Positions 60,315 through 64,000 of a stretch of 64,000 bases of DNA are shown here, piece after piece. Numbering within the stretch: position 1 is the first letter of the stretch; each line of letters begins with the position of its first letter. The notes below the pieces were generated by a model, which was not told the DNA's origin, did not search any database, and was given only the letters and a program-made list of their open reading frames with translations. Both the position numbers and the translations under genes were made by a program. Source of the DNA: Bacillota bacterium (GTDB lineage Bacteria > Bacillota > Sulfobacillia > JBFLWA01); NCBI GenBank assembly GCA_040758135.1, contig JBFLWA010000009.1, forward strand, positions 6,755 through 70,754, in the 5' to 3' direction.

Positions 60315-61409
60315 TTATTTCTCTTTTGGTCCGACCTTTATCTCCCGCCAGAAATCAAACTGCAGCTGGTAGGGCTCGTCAGGCATCAGAAAATTGGAGA
60401 GTTGGAGACCGATGAGCCTGACCTTGTGGTTCTCCAACGGCACCTTTCGCAACAGGCAATCGGCGGTCTCGTGAACCACTGTCGGATCATTCACATAGTC
60501 GGGCAGGGTCATCCCCCGGCTCAGATTAGTGAAGTCTTCGTAGCGAAGCTTGACGGTGATTGTCTTGACCCGCCGTCCCCGGGCCTGTAATCCGGCGCAA
60601 AGCTCCTCAGCGAACTGACGGAGCATCTCACTCAGTTCACTGAGGTCGTCAGTGTCCCGGTCAAAAGTAGTCTCCTCACTCACCGACTTGCTGGCGGCAT
60701 CATGTCCCTCGCCCACCGGCCGGTCGTCGCGCCCGTAGGCCAGCTGATAGAGTTCCTCGCCCCGCTTCCCGAAGAGCCGGGATAGAAGCTCAGGGTCGGT
60801 GCGCCGCAGGTCGGCAATGGTGAAGATGCCGATGCGGTTGAGAGCCTCCTCTGAGCGCTTCCCCACCCCCAGGATCTTGCGCACCGAAAGGCCAGGCAAA
60901 ATCGCCTCGGCCCGCTCGCGATGGATGACGGTGAGCCCATCAGGCTTCTCCATGTCCGAGGCTAGCTTGGCCAGAAACTTGTTGTAGGAGATGCCCACCG
61001 AACAGGTCAGTCCCACCTCCTCCCTGACCCGCCGCTTGATCTCCCTGGCCACTACCAGCGGATCTTGCCCAGTGACATCGAGGTAGGCCTCATCAATGGA
61101 AACCCCCTCGACGATCTCGGTCTGGTCGCGGAAGATAGCGAAGATAAGCCGTGAGGCCTCCCGGTAGCGGCGGAAGTCAGGACGGACGAAAACCGCCTGG
61201 GGGCAGCGGGCATAGGCCTCACTGCAGGACATGGCAGAGCGCACCCCGTAGCGTCTGGCCTCGTAGGAGCAGGTACTCACCACGCCCCGGCTGCGCGGCG
61301 AGCCGCCGACGATGACCGGCTTCCCCCTGAGGGCGGGGTTGTCGCGCTGTTCCACCGCGGCGAAGAAAGCGTCCATATCCACATGCAAGATGGCCCGCTG
61401 GTCGAACAT
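60315..61409 (-). CDS. dinB: DNA polymerase IV
   Basis: HVDMDAFFAAVE, SYEARRYGVRSAM, SIDEAYLD, NKFLAKLASD. Confidence 0.95.
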   Translation of the reverse strand: MFDQRAILHVDMDAFFAAVEQRDNPALRGKPVIVGGSPRSRGVVSTCSYEARRYGVRSAMSCSEAYARCPQAVFVRPDFRRYREASRLIFAIFRDQTEIVEGVSIDEAYLDVTGQDPLVVAREIKRRVREEVGLTCSVGISYNKFLAKLASDMEKPDGLTVIHRERAEAILPGLSVRKILGVGKRSEEALNRIGIFTIADLRRTDPELLSRLFGKRGEELYQLAYGRDDRPVGEGHDAASKSVSEETTFDRDTDDLSELSEMLRQFAEELCAGLQARGRRVKTITVKLRYEDFTNLSRGMTLPDYVNDPTVVHETADCLLRKVPLENHKVRLIGLQLSNFLMPDEPYQLQFDFWREIKVGPKEK

Positions 61410-61416
61410 ATGTTTC
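61403..61416. promoter_or_regulatory. LexA (SOS/Cheo) box overlapping the dinB start codon
   Basis: CGAACATATGTTTC matches the Bacillota consensus CGAACRNRYGTTYC. Confidence 0.85.
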
Positions 61417-61498
61417 CCCCCTGGGGAGAGTTTCCCCCTTGCTTGACGATTTCCTGCCGGTTACCGGAGATGAAGCCGGGCTAGTTCGTCTGCCAACA

Positions 61499-61541
61499 GG
61501 AACCCCCTCACCCGGTTCTGTCAACCGGGTGAGGGGGTTCC
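61499..61541. terminator. 19-bp perfect inverted repeat downstream of the PTS gene
   Basis: ggaaccccctcacccggtt-ctgtc-aaccgggtgagggggttcc. Confidence 0.7.
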
Positions 61542-61571
61542 TCACGCCCGTAGTGCACCTGTCTCCTGGTG

Positions 61572-63449
61572 CTAAGAATTACTCTTGGCAGACACCACCA
61601 GCAGCCGGTCTAGCCCGGCATCAACCCGGTCATTGTCAGTTATCCGCAGATCGAGGATGCGGTCAGTATTGGCGATAACCACCGGTGAGACCATGGACTT
61701 GCCGCTCTGCCTAATGGCACCGGGGTCAAATTCGACAAGCCTCTGCCCGGCGCGAACCCTGTCACCATCTGACACCAGGGGGGTGAACCCCTTCCCCGCC
61801 AGTTCGACAGTGTCGATACCCAGGTGGAGAACCAGCTCCCAACCGTCATCGGTCTCAAAGGCCACCGCGTGGCCACCGGGAAAGATCCGGGCTACGGTAC
61901 CGTCGGCTGGGGCCACCAGACACCCTTCGGCGGGGTCAATGGCCGCCCCCTGGCCGATCAGACCGCTGGCGAAGGCCTCATCAGGCACCTGGCTAAGCGG
62001 AACCACCCGCCCGGTAAGCGGGGCCAGGATGACCGTTTTTCGGGTCATCTCCAACTCCTCCTCCCTGGTCTCAGTGAAAAGCAGTTGCCGTAGTTCGTCG
62101 CGAATCGCCTCAGCATCGTAACCCACGATTACCTGCAGGTTATTGCCGCCCGGGCGGGAGATACCGGTGGCCCCTAGCTTGCGCAGGGCCTCCTCGTCGA
62201 TGGCGTCAGGTCGGTTCAGGGCTACCCGCAGGCGGGTGAGGCAGGCGTTCACCTCGATGATGTTTCCGACCCCGCCCAAAGCCACCAGGTAGGCTTCAGT
62301 CCGCCGGGCCGGGGTACTATCCGCTTCAGCCTGGGACTGTCCCTCGGCCTCCAGCAGCCCCACCCGACCCAGAGTAGGCAGGTTGAGGCGGCGGATGAGG
62401 AACCGGAAGAGGAAGTAGTAGAGAATGAAGTAGACGATACCCATGGGGATGATTAGCCAGGCCTTGCTGGAGAGCCCCCAGTTGATGAAGTACATGGGAA
62501 GGGCGTAACCATAGTGACGGATCCCCAGCAGCCAAGAAGCCCAGAGGGCCACGCCCGTAAGTAAGGCGTGGATGACATAGAGCAGTGGGGCTACGAACAT
62601 AAAAGCGAACTCAGCCGGTTCGGTAATGCCGGTGATCAGCGAGGTCAGGGCCGCCGTCACCATGATCCCGGCCACCTTGGCCCGGTTGGCCGGTTTGGCC
62701 TCATGGGTCATGGCCAGCGTGATGGCGGGGATGGCGAACATCATGGTGATGAAGAACCCGGCCAGGATATAACCGGATTGGGGATCACCGGCGTAGAAAC
62801 GAGGCACTTCACCCTGGACGATGGCCCCAGTTACGGGGTCAGTGTAACTGCCGAACACATACATGATGAGGTTGTTGATGATATGGTGCAGCCCGGTGGG
62901 GATTAAGAGCCGGTTGAGAATGCCGTAGACCAGAACCCCAGTACTGCCGGCGGCAAGAATCCAGTCGCCGACCCGGGCGATGAACTCTTGGAGCGGCGGC
63001 CAGATGTAGCCAAAGGCAATCCCCAGGACCAGCCCGGCAAAAGAGGCGGCCACTACGACAAAGCGCTTGCCGGAGAACAACCCCAGGTACTCGGGGAATC
63101 TCACCGTTCGGTACCGGGCATAGAGCCAGGCGGTAACCGCTCCGGAGATGATGCCACCCAAAGCCCCCATGTTGATGCTCTGGTCGATGGCGGCCATAAC
63201 CTGGGTCATAACCACCCAGCCGATGGCTGCGGCCAGAGCTGCCATCCCGTCATGCTGACAGAAACTGATGGCCACGCCGATAGCAAAGATCAGGGGCAGG
63301 TAGGAAATGAGGATCGCCCGGCCGGCGGCGTCGACCATTGGTAACCCCACTTGTGAACCGATGGCCATGTAGATGGCGGCGATGGGCAAGATGACCACCG
63401 GAACCATCAAAGCAGCCGAGACCTTCTGAAGTAGATTGCGGTAACCCAT
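61572..63449 (-). CDS. PTS glucose-family EIICBA, probably N-acetylglucosamine-specific (NagE-like)
   Basis: EIIC RLLIPTGLHHIIN and TGITEP.EF; EIIB NACLTRLR; EIIA VPDEAF...GHA...HLGIDTV. Confidence 0.88.
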   Translation of the reverse strand: MGYRNLLQKVSAALMVPVVILPIAAIYMAIGSQVGLPMVDAAGRAILISYLPLIFAIGVAISFCQHDGMAALAAAIGWVVMTQVMAAIDQSINMGALGGIISGAVTAWLYARYRTVRFPEYLGLFSGKRFVVVAASFAGLVLGIAFGYIWPPLQEFIARVGDWILAAGSTGVLVYGILNRLLIPTGLHHIINNLIMYVFGSYTDPVTGAIVQGEVPRFYAGDPQSGYILAGFFITMMFAIPAITLAMTHEAKPANRAKVAGIMVTAALTSLITGITEPAEFAFMFVAPLLYVIHALLTGVALWASWLLGIRHYGYALPMYFINWGLSSKAWLIIPMGIVYFILYYFLFRFLIRRLNLPTLGRVGLLEAEGQSQAEADSTPARRTEAYLVALGGVGNIIEVNACLTRLRVALNRPDAIDEEALRKLGATGISRPGGNNLQVIVGYDAEAIRDELRQLLFTETREEELEMTRKTVILAPLTGRVVPLSQVPDEAFASGLIGQGAAIDPAEGCLVAPADGTVARIFPGGHAVAFETDDGWELVLHLGIDTVELAGKGFTPLVSDGDRVRAGQRLVEFDPGAIRQSGKSMVSPVVIANTDRILDLRITDNDRVDAGLDRLLVVSAKSNS

Positions 63450-63479
63450 ATTCTCCCTCCGCTCTCTGTATTTCCCCTT

Positions 63480-64000
63480 CTACTTATTACTGAATATGGC
63501 GAAACTGATCAACTCGATGCCGTTGCTCTTCACCGCTTCGCGAACAACGGGGTGACATAACAAGGCCAGCTCGTGCTCACGGCCCTCTCGCAGGGAGGTG
63601 ATCTCCATCAGCTCCTCATCGACCCAGCCGGGGTGTCCAATATACTCGGTTACCCCGGACTCCAGCCCATCCAGCCAGTTGATGATGGTTTCAATAGTGA
63701 GTTGGCGACCCGGCGGCAGCAGGCCGATAACCCGATCCGGTGTCTGAAGGGGCCTCCCGGCCACCATATCGCGCGTCTTCCGGAGATAGCGGCGGTAGAT
63801 GGCATCCATCGGCCTAAGCACCATCTGGGTGGCGCCCAGCGGCCAGTCGGACCCGGGGATGGTGCGAATGGCTGGGATACCGAATTCCTCCGCCAGCTGG
63901 CAGGCAATGTGGAACAGGTCGGGTACCAGATGGCTATAATGGTGGCTGTCCAGGTGAGTGGGGGTAAGCCCGAACTCCAGGAAACGCTGGATCTGAGCCC
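63480..64000 (-). CDS. ChbG/YdjC family carbohydrate deacetylase, 5' part outside window
   Basis: Frame open to the edge: AQIQRF...PTHLDSHH..H, TEYIGHPG, RE.EL..L. Confidence 0.88.
   Translation of the reverse strand, partial: AQIQRFLEFGLTPTHLDSHHYSHLVPDLFHIACQLAEEFGIPAIRTIPGSDWPLGATQMVLRPMDAIYRRYLRKTRDMVAGRPLQTPDRVIGLLPPGRQLTIETIINWLDGLESGVTEYIGHPGWVDEELMEITSLREGREHELALLCHPVVREAVKSNGIELISFAIFSNK

Noticed and set aside
110-63344. Many long antisense or alternate-frame ORFs (e.g. 110-1174, 5599-7146, 7506-8660, 15445-16590, 45077-46102)
   Set aside because: Shadows of real genes caused by high GC and codon bias; no recognisable motifs.

Overview
A 64-kb chromosomal window from a high-GC, endospore-forming, probably anaerobic Bacillota. 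Most of it is the conserved minus-strand backbone comEC-holA-(rpsT)-spoIIP-lepA-hemW-hrcA-grpE-dnaK-dnaJ-prmA-rsmE-mtaB ... HIT-rpsU-yqeY-yqfCD-phoH-pgpH-ybeY-dgkA-cdd-era-deoC-recO-glyQS-ppsR-ppdK, flanked by the 3' part of a Ni,Fe-CO dehydrogenase (cooS) and a PTS/ChbG pair. The best candidate for an undescribed system is a five-gene, translationally coupled Dlt-like acylation operon behind mtaB (33386-37715). It encodes an SGNH/DltD-like protein, an MBOAT, an acyl carrier protein, an AcsA-type acyl-adenylate ligase in place of DltA, and a 43-aa membrane peptide missing from the ORF track that ends in a DltX-type tyrosine motif (FQYVGF). Other notable items are a leader-peptide/terminator attenuator before a heterodimeric ABC exporter, a group III chaperonin in the dnaK operon, a c-di-GMP-I riboswitch with no intact downstream gene, two ISLre2 remnants, several deletion-scar pseudogenes, a frameshift near the dnaK 3' end, and clear Gly T-box, CIRCE and LexA sites. 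All calls come from motif recognition by eye; no database searches were run.
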